Position numbers and translations under genes: made by a program
The notes under the pieces: generated by a model
Told to the model about the DNA's origin: nothing
Database searches by the model: none
Seen by the model: the letters and a program-made list of their open reading frames with translations, nothing else
Part shown: positions 50,732 to 60,215 of the stretch, piece after piece
Layout of the letters: each line of letters begins with the position of its first letter
How positions within the stretch are numbered: the stretch's first letter is position 1
Source: Bdellovibrio sp.
GTDB taxonomy: Bacteria > Bdellovibrionota > Bdellovibrionia > Bdellovibrionales > Bdellovibrionaceae
Assembly (NCBI GenBank): GCA_036676395.1
Contig: JAKFCY010000002.1
Span: 160,001-224,000 of the forward strand
Length of the DNA: 64,000 bases
Reading direction: 5' to 3'

Positions 50732-50987
50732 ACTGCACACCTAAAAAGTACAGACCATTCTTTTCAAGTGTGTGCACTGAATATCCGGCCATTTTTACGA
50801 AGTCTGATTTATCATTCGGGTAGATCAAGGCGATCTGTCTTTTGGGCGCGACGATTTTTTCAATGCGCAAAAGGCATCCCATTTGCGAATAATCCACGAA
50901 ATACGCTTTGATTAAGCGCGAATCCGTTTCGATCAGACAAAATGTATTCGAAGGGTAGCGTGAAAACTGTCGTAAATTATTTGGCAT
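50709..50987 (-). CDS. Stand-alone PilZ domain protein
   Basis: RQFSR (RxxxR) and DYSQMG (DxSxxG) motifs; C-terminal GVQF. Confidence 0.75.
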   Translation of the reverse strand: MPNNLRQFSRYPSNTFCLIETDSRLIKAYFVDYSQMGCLLRIEKIVAPKRQIALIYPNDKSDFVKMAGYSVHTLEKNGLYFLGVQFMALISR

Positions 50988-51169
50988 AAAGTTTAACAAA
51001 GCAAAGACTGTGCTTGATCTATATCACCGTGATGCGCTTGGGCTCTTCAAGTAGCTACAAGTTCGACAGCTGTGTGTAATGTTAGACGATAGCCCAGACA
51101 CAGCAGTCTTAAGTACAGAAGCAGAGTGGTCTAGTATCATATTTAATAAGCTAAATTTATTATGGTGTA

Positions 51170-51715
51170 ATGAGAAAAATATTATTAATTTCAATGACTT
51201 TTGTGCTTGGCCTAGTTTGGTTCTTATCAGCAAGTGGGCAGGAAAAAGATCGTCCAATCGAATATGCATTGAATGCTGATCAACGTTGGATCGAAGATTT
51301 TGAATCTTCGGCACTACGTTCAGGTTATAAAGTTTATAAATTAGAAAAAGATCCGCGCATTGTTCTGACGCTAGGAATTGAAACTGTCAGCATGAAGTCT
51401 GAATTTTCAAAAGCAGAAATCAATGCCTATGCTAATAAATTGATGGATGCGAAAAATTTCATCGATGATGCTTTTAATACTCCATTAGCGAAGTTAACTA
51501 AAGCAAGCACATGCCATAAAGATGGTGTTCCGTGTTTAAGCCTTGAGATGGAAAAAGATTTTAAGGCTGGCACATTCAAATTGATTGATAAATATTTTAT
51601 GGCTGATGATCGTACGGTTCTAGCAACGATCAAATGGCCAAAGTCTGCTGATTCAGATGTCATCAAATCGGCCTATAACGATTATCAGAATATCCAGATC
51701 GTGAAGGTTAAATAA
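51170..51715 (+). CDS. Hypothetical secreted protein
   Basis: N-terminal hydrophobic signal; 1 nt from the next gene. Confidence 0.6.
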   Translation: MRKILLISMTFVLGLVWFLSASGQEKDRPIEYALNADQRWIEDFESSALRSGYKVYKLEKDPRIVLTLGIETVSMKSEFSKAEINAYANKLMDAKNFIDDAFNTPLAKLTKASTCHKDGVPCLSLEMEKDFKAGTFKLIDKYFMADDRTVLATIKWPKSADSDVIKSAYNDYQNIQIVKVK

Positions 51716-51716
51716 T

Positions 51717-53783
51717 ATGGCCTTCTTTAACAACTTAATAAAAATCAGTGTTTTTAGTTTTTTAATAATTGCTGGTTTTCAGGCCGAAGCTGCTGACAAA
51801 TGTGCGAGCGCTGATAAAGCAAAATATTTAAAGGCGGGAAGTTTTGAATCTGCTCCTGGCCAAAGAATTATTCGCTTCAAACAATTACGAGATGATTTAA
51901 AGGGTGCATTAGAAAAAGGTGAAGCCGATCGTTCACAATGTTTGTATGATCTTTATGATAAATCCGCGCAAGACGAAGCCGGATTTTGGCAAGCTAAAGC
52001 AGCTGCAGAAGGTTGCGATTTAGAAAATCCTAAAGAATGTCCGGATCCAGAGACGCCGCGCAGTTTAAAATTTTTAGAGAACATCCATAAAGAACTTGAA
52101 GCTGATTTAAAAGAAGACATCGCAAAAATTCCAGCAACAGAAGCAGCAGCTGCGGCTGAATGTAATGATTGCGAAGTGAATACAGATTTAGAAGATCAAG
52201 CCGCACTTGCAGATTACTTAAAGCATGATCAATGCTGCGGATCTAAGGATGCTAAAACGGATGGAGAAATGGGCATCGTGCGTGAGCGATACGCTGGTAT
52301 TTCTTACAATCAATGTTTAGCTAAAACAGATAAGAATGCTAAAGCGAGCGGACTACAAACGGCAGGCTCTTGTATCGCTGGTTTAGTGATGAGCGTATTT
52401 AAAGGTATGTTTGATGGCGTAGTTGGCTTTTTCAAATTACCCGGTGAACTTATCGCAGCCCGTGCTCAAATTTGGGCGATCATTACAGATTCAGATGAGC
52501 GTGCGAAATTTTTTGAACACATTAAAAATTCGCTCTTAGAGTTTATCGGTGTGCAAAGTGGTGATTTAACAAACTGTTTAAATGCTGAAGCGAAAACGAA
52601 AATGTACTGTGAAAATGCCGGCGAGGTTATCGGCTTCTTAGCATCACCTGCACTTATCGGAAATATTTTTAAAATCGCTAAACTTGGCGTTAAGGCTGCA
52701 GCTGCAGCAATGAAGACGAGCTTAGCTTCGACTGCAAAAGGTGCGAAAATGCTAGCGAAGATGAGCAAGGCCGTAAAAGCAGCTGAAACCGTCGGCGGTA
52801 AAACTAAAGCCATCGCAAGCAAAGTCGGAAAAAGTGCTAAACTAGTCGGTATGACAGTGCAGACTTCAAAAATTGCAAAATTTATCGTGAAAGCCGGCTC
52901 GCCGTTCACTCGAGGGGCTGCTAGCGTTTACAATACTCTGGCTCCGGTTGTCAGAGTGGGTGGTAAAATTATTGCATTACCAAGTAACGTTACTAATAAA
53001 GCGATTATTGCCGGCTTCAATGCTGGTCAAAAAGTTGTTGCCAATATCGCAGCTAAAAAAGCGGCACAAGTCATTACAGCAAGCGCAGTAGCAGCACCTG
53101 CTGTTGCGAGTTCAGTGGATGATGTAGCTGCTGCGGCGGCAAAAGCTACGACGACAGCTCCACAACTGGCAGGAATGCAGCCTTCGGGAGTACAAGTTTT
53201 ACCACGAGTTCAATCAACGACAGCAAATCCAACAGGTAATCCATATGCAGGAACTCCGGCGCGTAATTTAAGAGTGAACTTATCAGGTACGAATTCACAA
53301 ATTGCACGTATTGAAACACAGTTAGCAGCTAATCCAACAGATGCAGTACTTCTGCAAAAACAAAGTGATCTATTAGCAAAAAAATCAATGCTTGATGAAG
53401 CTCTGGCTCCTAAGCCAGCAGCTCCGACTCCGGTTGATAAAGTTAAAGATGGTTCTGTTAAATTATTTCAAGGCACTCCGAAAGAAGTAGCTACGGCGCC
53501 ACAAGTAAAAGCTGCTGAAAGAAATATTCAAACGCGTTCAAAAAGAGGCGGACAGACTGAAGTTAAAACTTACGTCGCTGGTGAAAGAAAACGCTTGAAT
53601 GGTTTACTTTCTAAGTACGACCAAGAATTAAATGCTGTTAAAGGTGAAGCTGCGGCAGCTCGCCCTGCGAAAGAAAAAGTGATTCAAGATAAAATGAGAG
53701 ATGCTCGTCAGCGCTTAGATGCTTTAGAGAAAGCTGAAAGAAATCTTCAATACCGCCAGTGGGAAAATCAAGAAGCTGGATAG
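51717..53783 (+). CDS. Large secreted Cys-rich / Ala-Lys-rich protein of unknown function
   Basis: Signal peptide ending AEA; about a dozen Cys in the N-terminal half; amphipathic Ala/Lys-rich middle; C-terminal coiled coil. Confidence 0.7.
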   Translation: MAFFNNLIKISVFSFLIIAGFQAEAADKCASADKAKYLKAGSFESAPGQRIIRFKQLRDDLKGALEKGEADRSQCLYDLYDKSAQDEAGFWQAKAAAEGCDLENPKECPDPETPRSLKFLENIHKELEADLKEDIAKIPATEAAAAAECNDCEVNTDLEDQAALADYLKHDQCCGSKDAKTDGEMGIVRERYAGISYNQCLAKTDKNAKASGLQTAGSCIAGLVMSVFKGMFDGVVGFFKLPGELIAARAQIWAIITDSDERAKFFEHIKNSLLEFIGVQSGDLTNCLNAEAKTKMYCENAGEVIGFLASPALIGNIFKIAKLGVKAAAAAMKTSLASTAKGAKMLAKMSKAVKAAETVGGKTKAIASKVGKSAKLVGMTVQTSKIAKFIVKAGSPFTRGAASVYNTLAPVVRVGGKIIALPSNVTNKAIIAGFNAGQKVVANIAAKKAAQVITASAVAAPAVASSVDDVAAAAAKATTTAPQLAGMQPSGVQVLPRVQSTTANPTGNPYAGTPARNLRVNLSGTNSQIARIETQLAANPTDAVLLQKQSDLLAKKSMLDEALAPKPAAPTPVDKVKDGSVKLFQGTPKEVATAPQVKAAERNIQTRSKRGGQTEVKTYVAGERKRLNGLLSKYDQELNAVKGEAAAARPAKEKVIQDKMRDARQRLDALEKAERNLQYRQWENQEAG

Positions 53784-53812
53784 ATTTTTAAGTGTTCTGC
53801 TATAGGGGCAAA

Positions 53813-54549
53813 ATGAAACAATTAACTTTATTGATTATTATCATTTTGACCTCTTTTTTTACGAACACTTATGTATCCGCTAAAGAAAATAAAAAAGAAA
53901 AATTAAAATACAGATATGAAGGCAATGATAAAATACTAAAATATAACGGATTTATCTTTCGTGCTGATAAATCTGTTTCTGACTTAGTTATTTTACGGTC
54001 GCACGCAATCATCGATGCAATGCTCGCAAATGATGAATATATGCAAGACAGCTAACTGAAATGGATTTTCAGATTAATTTTACACCATCAGGTGGAAAAA
54101 TAACGGATGTCGATAACTATGCTGAATTCAAAGGTAAAAAAGTAAAGTTTAAGACTTTACCATCGGGCAGCGGGAATTTTGAAGATCAGGTTGCTGGCCT
54201 AGCTGAATTTCATCAACTGATCGTTCCTGAAGATGATCTAGGCGGGATAGGTAAAGGGCGGATCATGGTGCATGAGTTTGCGCATGCTATTCATTTTTAC
54301 ATGCCCCAAGATGAACAACGACAAATTAGTAAAGCTTTTGAAAACGCCCGACGTAAGAGGTTGTATGCACCGAATTTGTATATCAATGAGAATTCATTCG
54401 AGTATTGGGCCGAATCTACGACAGCTTGGTTTAATGTACAATGGAAGTCTCGTTCAGATGGGATTAATACGCGCAAAGCTCTAGAGGACCACGATCCAGA
54501 GATTTCAAAAATATTAAAAAAAATCTATGGTGATTCAAAGTTTCCGTAA
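53813..54549 (+). pseudogene. Frameshifted secreted zinc metalloprotease (HEXXH, anthrax-LF/Pro-Pro endopeptidase-like zincin)
   Basis: ORF1 has a signal peptide and stops at 54055. ORF2 (54061-) carries VHEFAH and EYWAE and has no RBS. Adding one base near 54050 joins the two frames. Confidence 0.7.
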
Positions 54550-54638
54550 GGGCGCCAAAAATGCAAAAAGCTGCAGGTGGATAACCTAACAGCTTTTTAG
54601 TGATACCAGACTTCCGAACTTACGGAAGGAGGTCCGAT

Positions 54639-54749
54639 ATGCGTAAACCCAATTATTTACGTTATCGTCGCCTTTTAAATGTTTCTAAAGAGATTTTAAG
54701 AATAATTATGATGATTCTAGTGATTGTCATAACGATTAAAAGTATTTAG
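54639..54749 (+). CDS. 36-aa basic/hydrophobic peptide, putative type I toxin
   Basis: AGGAGG 6 nt before ATG; MRKPNYLRYRRLLNVSKEILRIIMMILVIVITIKSI*. Confidence 0.7.
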   Translation: MRKPNYLRYRRLLNVSKEILRIIMMILVIVITIKSI

Positions 54750-54875
54750 CAATCTAGATTCTGTACGTTAATTGCTAGATTTTGATTTGTGATCAAGACC
54801 AAGGTCGGACTTAAAATCCCGGGAATTTGGTGAACATGGAATCGTTGTTAGGTCTATCCACACTCTTAAAAATAA

Positions 54876-54904
54876 AAAACCCACATTTTTTAGATGTGGG
54901 TTTT
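54876..54904. terminator. Bidirectional Rho-independent terminator (icd and the sORF transcript)
   Basis: AAAACCCACAT-N7-ATGTGGGTTTT. Confidence 0.85.
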
Positions 54905-54942
54905 GAAGTTGGAACGCTGCTCCCGAAAAAGGGACGGCCTAC

Positions 54943-56172
54943 CTATAGAGTCATAGCTTTTTTAAGATTAGAATCGATTTTATCTAAGAATGGCTCTGTG
55001 TTCATGTACTTATCAGTAGGAACTTTATCGCCGTAGATGCAAACCGCTAAATCTTTTGTCATGAAACCAGCTTCAACTGTTTCAACACATACTTTTTCTA
55101 AAGTTTGTGCGAATTTTGCTAAAGGTGGATTGTTATCAAGTTTAGCTCTGTGCTCAAGACCACGAGTCCAAGCAAAAATTGATGCGATTGGATTTGTAGA
55201 AGTTGGTTTGCCTTGTTGGTGCATACGGTAATGACGAGTCACTGTGCCGTGAGCGGCTTCTGATTCCATTGTTTTACCATCTGGAGTAATTAATACAGAA
55301 GTCATTAAACCTAGTGAACCAAAACCTTGTGCAACAGTATCAGATTGAACGTCGCCATCGTAGTTCTTACAAGCCCATACGAAGTTACCATTCCATTTAA
55401 GAGCTGAAGCAACCATATCATCGATTAAACGATGTTCATACGTGATACCAGCAGCATCAAATTGAGTTTTGAATTCAGTTTGGTAAATGTTTTCAAAGAT
55501 ATCTTTGAAACGACCATCGTATTTTTTAAGGATCGTGTTTTTTGTCGATAAGTATAAAGGCCATTTTTTAGTTAATGCTTGGTTAAAGCAAGAACGTGCA
55601 AAACCTGTGATTGACTCATCAGTGTTGTACATAGCCATTGCAATACCATCACCTTTGAAGTTGTAAACTTCGTGAGTAATTGTGTCGCCGCCACCTTCAG
55701 GCTGAAAAGTAATTGTTAATTTACCTTTACCTTTTGTTACGAAATCAGTTGCGCGGTATTGATCACCGAACGCATGACGACCGATACAAATTGGCGCTGT
55801 CCAGTTAGGAACTAAACGAGGCACATTAGCGCAAAGGATTGGTTCGCGAAACACTGTACCATCAAGGATGTTACGGATTGTTCCGTTAGGTGATTTCCAC
55901 ATTTGTTTTAATTTAAATTCAGTTACGCGTTGTTCATCAGGCGTGATTGTCGCGCACTTGATACCAACGTTGTACTTTTTGATCGCTTCAGCAGCGTCAA
56001 CAGTGACTTGATCGTTAGTTTGGTCACGGTATTCCATGCCTAAGTCATAATATTTAATGTCGATATCTAAGTAAGGTAGGATTAATTTATCTTTGATAAA
56101 TTTCCAGATGATTCTTGTCATTTCATCGCCATCTAGCTCAACCACTGGGTTAGCCACTTTGATCTTTTGCAT
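54943..56172 (-). CDS. icd: NADP-dependent isocitrate dehydrogenase (type II, eukaryote-like)
   Basis: [45 protein letters not shown]. Confidence 0.97.
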   Translation of the reverse strand: MQKIKVANPVVELDGDEMTRIIWKFIKDKLILPYLDIDIKYYDLGMEYRDQTNDQVTVDAAEAIKKYNVGIKCATITPDEQRVTEFKLKQMWKSPNGTIRNILDGTVFREPILCANVPRLVPNWTAPICIGRHAFGDQYRATDFVTKGKGKLTITFQPEGGGDTITHEVYNFKGDGIAMAMYNTDESITGFARSCFNQALTKKWPLYLSTKNTILKKYDGRFKDIFENIYQTEFKTQFDAAGITYEHRLIDDMVASALKWNGNFVWACKNYDGDVQSDTVAQGFGSLGLMTSVLITPDGKTMESEAAHGTVTRHYRMHQQGKPTSTNPIASIFAWTRGLEHRAKLDNNPPLAKFAQTLEKVCVETVEAGFMTKDLAVCIYGDKVPTDKYMNTEPFLDKIDSNLKKAMTL

Positions 56173-56256
56173 GTGAACTCCTATTTAATTTTTAATGCGG
56201 GTTTTAATATAGGATTTCTTTCGCGTTTAGGCACGTCCTAATGCTATGTTCATAGA

Positions 56257-57294
56257 GTGAAAAAAGACACTTCTTTACTTAAAGTTTCAGGACTTCCTAA
56301 ATTAGCGCAGGTCTCGCACCCAGAGCGCCAATCGGTTGTGGTTTTTGACCGTATTTTGCTAAAAAACCCGGCTTTTAAAAAATGGATTGCCCAATTTAAG
56401 CTCGCTCTGCCAGTTCAGGCCGGCGAGTCGCTAAAAACCGTGCAACAGTATGCTAAGGTTTTGAATCAGCTGCAGAAGTGGCAAAAACAAAATTTAATGA
56501 CCCAAAAGCTACAGTTCGTAGCCATCGGCGGGGGATCAGTCGGGGATTTTACGGGATTCTTAGCTTCGACTTATCAGCGTGGGTGCCCGTTAGTGCAAAT
56601 CCCATCAACTTGGTTGTCAGCCGTTGACTCAGCCCATGGGGGTAAAAACGGATTAAATCTTAACGACACGAAAAACCAGATCGGCACTATATACCCAGCC
56701 GATAAAATTATTCTTTCGAAAGCCATCTTGTTAAATCAGCCAGCTGACCGCTTGGTCGAAGCTTTTGGTGAGATTATTAAAATCTGTCTGATTAATCGCC
56801 CGATGTTAATAGCAAAAATTCAGTTCACAGAAAATTATGTCTGGCAAAATTTAGAAAAATTTATCGAAGCTAAAATGCAAGTCGTGGCTAAAGACCCTTT
56901 TGAAAAAAGTGGGTATCGCCATATTTTAAATCTTGGTCATACAATGGGCCATGTGTATGAATCAGCTTTAGGAATCTCGCATGGTAAAGCCATTTTAATG
57001 GGATTAGTTTTTTCAGTGCGCTGGAGCTTTCACTTAGGCTATATGGATAAGAACTGTTTTTTGCATGTTTCACAACTCATTACTTCTTTAGATGAAAAAC
57101 TGGATTTTTCAAAAGCTGGTAAACTTTCAAATAAAGTAGTTACTGAAATCTTAATGCAGGATAAAAAATCAGTATCAGCTAAAGAAAAGTCATTACGTTT
57201 TGTTTTTGTTAAACGACCCGGAACAGTTTTAATTGAAAATAAAAAAGTTTTAGAGATTGTGGCTGAATTTGAACGTCAAAGGTTTTACGCATGA
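56257..57294 (+). CDS. aroB: 3-dehydroquinate synthase
   Basis: GGGSVGD..GF.A..YQRG, VDSAHGGK, KNQIG, LNLGHT.GH..E, HG.A, DKK. Confidence 0.92.
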   Translation: MKKDTSLLKVSGLPKLAQVSHPERQSVVVFDRILLKNPAFKKWIAQFKLALPVQAGESLKTVQQYAKVLNQLQKWQKQNLMTQKLQFVAIGGGSVGDFTGFLASTYQRGCPLVQIPSTWLSAVDSAHGGKNGLNLNDTKNQIGTIYPADKIILSKAILLNQPADRLVEAFGEIIKICLINRPMLIAKIQFTENYVWQNLEKFIEAKMQVVAKDPFEKSGYRHILNLGHTMGHVYESALGISHGKAILMGLVFSVRWSFHLGYMDKNCFLHVSQLITSLDEKLDFSKAGKLSNKVVTEILMQDKKSVSAKEKSLRFVFVKRPGTVLIENKKVLEIVAEFERQRFYA

Positions 57295-58469
57295 GTTTTT
57301 CATTTACCGGATGTCTGGACATTTCAAAATCCTGGATGAATCGTGCTCTTATTCTTAGATCATACCAGCCAGAATTAGAAATTATCGGAAGCTCTAAAGC
57401 CGATGACGTTCTACTTTTAGAAAAATGTTTAGCAGATTTAAAAGCCGGAAAAAAAGAATTCTATGTTGGCCTTGGTGGCACGACTTTTCGTTTTTTCGCT
57501 TTACGCGTATCGCGCGAAATCGGCTATTTCATTATTCGTGGTGAAAAGAAATTATTTTCGCGTCCGCAAGATGAATTAATCACCATTTTAAAACAAGTGG
57601 GCGTTACAGCGTCGTTCAATGCCGAAAAAACTGAATTTCATATCGAAAGTAAAGGCTGGCGTTCAGATGAAGACCTTTTGACTTTGTCTGTTGATTCAAG
57701 CGAATCAAGTCAGTTTCTAACTTCGGTGCTGTTAAATTCAGTGCATTTGCCGTTTGATTTGCAAATTGAAACATCAAAAGTAACTTCAGAAAGTTATTTT
57801 AATTACACGCAAAAAATGATGGCAAGTTACGGCTTTGCGATCGATGATTTATTTATTTCTAGAACGCAAAAACTTCGACCGCAAACGATTCAAGGCGAAG
57901 TTGATGTCAGTTCATTTGCAAGCCTTGCAGCGGCCGCAGTCTTAGGCGGAAAAGTTCATTTAACGAACTGGAATAAGTTTTCAGTGCAACCTGATATGGA
58001 ATTTGTCGCTTTTTTTAAACGTATGGCGATCAAATTTATCACTGAAGAAAATAATTTTTATATTTCTGAACAAAGACAATGGTCATCGTTAAAAGCAAAT
58101 TTTGAACGCTGCCCAGATTTATTTCCGGTGATGGCCGTGTTATGCGCTTTCGCTGAAGGCAGCAGTCATTTATTTGGCGCGCATCAGTTAGTGCATAAAG
58201 AATCAAACCGTTTAGAAAAAACTTTTGAATTATTACAACGCTGTGGTTTTGCCGTCGAGAAATTAGAAGACGGTTTAAAAATTCATGGCAATCCCGTCGC
58301 TAAGTACCGTCATAAAGATTTAATTCAATTTAATCCAGATCATGATCATCGTATGGCTTTTGCCGCAAGACTTCTGCAGTTAAAAGGTTTTCCGGTGCAA
58401 ATCACTGATCCTGACGTTATTAACAAGAGTTATCCGCAGTTTTACCAACATACGGGATTAGAAATATGA
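57291..58469 (+). CDS. aroA: EPSP synthase
   Basis: SKS..NR, GTTFRF, RP, SSQF, PDL.P, KESNR, DHRMA, KSYPQF. Confidence 0.9.
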   Translation: MSFSFTGCLDISKSWMNRALILRSYQPELEIIGSSKADDVLLLEKCLADLKAGKKEFYVGLGGTTFRFFALRVSREIGYFIIRGEKKLFSRPQDELITILKQVGVTASFNAEKTEFHIESKGWRSDEDLLTLSVDSSESSQFLTSVLLNSVHLPFDLQIETSKVTSESYFNYTQKMMASYGFAIDDLFISRTQKLRPQTIQGEVDVSSFASLAAAAVLGGKVHLTNWNKFSVQPDMEFVAFFKRMAIKFITEENNFYISEQRQWSSLKANFERCPDLFPVMAVLCAFAEGSSHLFGAHQLVHKESNRLEKTFELLQRCGFAVEKLEDGLKIHGNPVAKYRHKDLIQFNPDHDHRMAFAARLLQLKGFPVQITDPDVINKSYPQFYQHTGLEI

Positions 58470-60196
58470 AGCGAATTTTTATCGGTCACCGTGGCGTGGG
58501 TAAATCATCGTTATTAGAACGCCATGAAGAGTATTTTCCCGAAACTCCGTGCAAAGATTTAGATGCCGTCATCACTGAAAAAGAAAACCAAGCGGTGAGC
58601 GGTATTTTTAGTTCTCGCGGTGAAGCGGCCTTTCGCGAATTAGAAAAAAAATACTTTCTTGAGTTGATTGCGAGCCAAAATTACTGCATTTCTGTGGGTG
58701 CAGGTTTTAATACAGAACTATTGCCTACAGATGCAGAAATTGTTTATGTCAGCCGTAGAACTGATTCTGACGGCCGCATTTTTTTAAATCGTCCACGTCT
58801 TAATCCAGAAGTCTCAGCTTTAGCAGAATCTATTCAGCGCTATCAGACTCGCGAACCAAATTATAGAAAAGTGGCGTCATGGGTTTATCATTTGCCTGAG
58901 GGTTTGTGTGAAAGTGATGAATTTGAAGAAGCGATTTTTAAAAAAGATTTTAAAATCGAGCACGCTTATTACACATTAGCTAACGAACAAGAAATTAAAC
59001 TTTGGCCTAATTTAGATAAATTTGAATTACGTACTGATGTTTTTAAAATCGAAGATATCAAACGTATGACTGAAAGTTATACGGATAAGCGCTTTATAGT
59101 TTCAGTGCGATCACAAGTTACGGCGTTAGAGCTTCGTGGCTTAAAAGTAGATTGGGCTCTGGAATGTGGACCGATACCCGCCAATGTGAATGCGCAGATT
59201 ATTTCACTTCATGAGGGTGATTTTGTTCAGGCGCTGACTTTGATGCAGCAACAACCTGAAGATAAACATTTAAAATTTTGTCCGGTTATTAACTCTTGGG
59301 ATGAATTAATCATCGGTTATCAATGGCAACAAGATGATCCTAAAAATCGCAGTTTTTTACCACGTTCACCTGAAGGTGTAAAAAGCCGGTGGCGTTGGTT
59401 TAGAAATCTATCTTGGACAAAACAAAAGATTAACTTTGTTCAGGGCATAAAAGATTTTGATGATCAGCCAAGTATTTATGAATATTTATTAAGTCAGAAT
59501 CCGAATAAACATTTTGGCGCCGTTCTTGGTGATCCGATTCATCATTCACGAACACCGACAACCCAGGGCCCGAATATGCAAGATTACGGAATGATTTTAG
59601 CCGTGCCATTAAATGAAGAAGAATTCATTCAAGGAATTTCATTCTTGCAAGAGCTGGGTTTACAATTTGCAGCCGTGACATCTCCACTAAAATTAAAAGC
59701 CGCAGAATTAATCGGCGCAGGCCAAGCTGCAATGGGCATTAACTCACTGTATTTTCAACATTTACACTGGGCAGGTATTTCAAGTGATGCCGATGGTTTT
59801 GAAACCATGGTCGAAGAATCTGATATTCCTGATTTAAAAAAATTAAATATAGCCATCTGGGGTGGCGGCGGCGTGATTAGTGCTTTAAAAGAAGTGCTGC
59901 CACAAGCCGTTGAATATTCAGCGCGCACAGGCGAGCGGCGCGACAAAAAAAATGATCCAGCATTTGTACCAGATGTAGTGATCTGGGCCGCGCCAAGAGC
60001 TGAGGGTGTGCAATTGCCACCGAAAGATTGGCAGCCGAAATATATTTTAGATTTAAATTACGTCGAAAATTCAATGGGGCTTGAATATGCACAACAAGAA
60101 GCAAAAGCTGTGTATTTTTCAGGTTTAGAAATGTTTTATGCCCAGGCGACAAAACAATTTAAGTTTTGGGCTAAATACTTAGCTGAACATTTATAA
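58466..60196 (+). CDS. Fused shikimate kinase / type I dehydroquinate dehydratase-like / shikimate dehydrogenase
   Basis: N-terminal GHRGVGKS, DLD, GEAAFRELE, RP (AroK); middle ELRTD, ISLH, LK (AroD-like); C-terminal HSRTP, VTSPLK, GGGG, DLNY, GLEMF..QA (AroE). Confidence 0.8.
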   Translation: MKRIFIGHRGVGKSSLLERHEEYFPETPCKDLDAVITEKENQAVSGIFSSRGEAAFRELEKKYFLELIASQNYCISVGAGFNTELLPTDAEIVYVSRRTDSDGRIFLNRPRLNPEVSALAESIQRYQTREPNYRKVASWVYHLPEGLCESDEFEEAIFKKDFKIEHAYYTLANEQEIKLWPNLDKFELRTDVFKIEDIKRMTESYTDKRFIVSVRSQVTALELRGLKVDWALECGPIPANVNAQIISLHEGDFVQALTLMQQQPEDKHLKFCPVINSWDELIIGYQWQQDDPKNRSFLPRSPEGVKSRWRWFRNLSWTKQKINFVQGIKDFDDQPSIYEYLLSQNPNKHFGAVLGDPIHHSRTPTTQGPNMQDYGMILAVPLNEEEFIQGISFLQELGLQFAAVTSPLKLKAAELIGAGQAAMGINSLYFQHLHWAGISSDADGFETMVEESDIPDLKKLNIAIWGGGGVISALKEVLPQAVEYSARTGERRDKKNDPAFVPDVVIWAAPRAEGVQLPPKDWQPKYILDLNYVENSMGLEYAQQEAKAVYFSGLEMFYAQATKQFKFWAKYLAEHL

Positions 60197-60215
60197 ATGG
60201 AAGGGTAAACTTTCA

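Larger units (their letters stand above)
54558..54904 (+). ncRNA. Structured putative type I toxin mRNA / antisense locus, copy 2
   Basis: Hairpin 54565-54598; SD hairpin 54609-54634; three nested 3'-5' complementarities; downstream terminator. Confidence 0.7.

Noticed and set aside
54827..55231. Short plus-strand ORFs 54827-55036 and 55037-55231
   Set aside because: They cross a terminator and lie antisense to icd; likely shadow ORFs, like most sub-130 aa ORFs antisense to long genes in the track.
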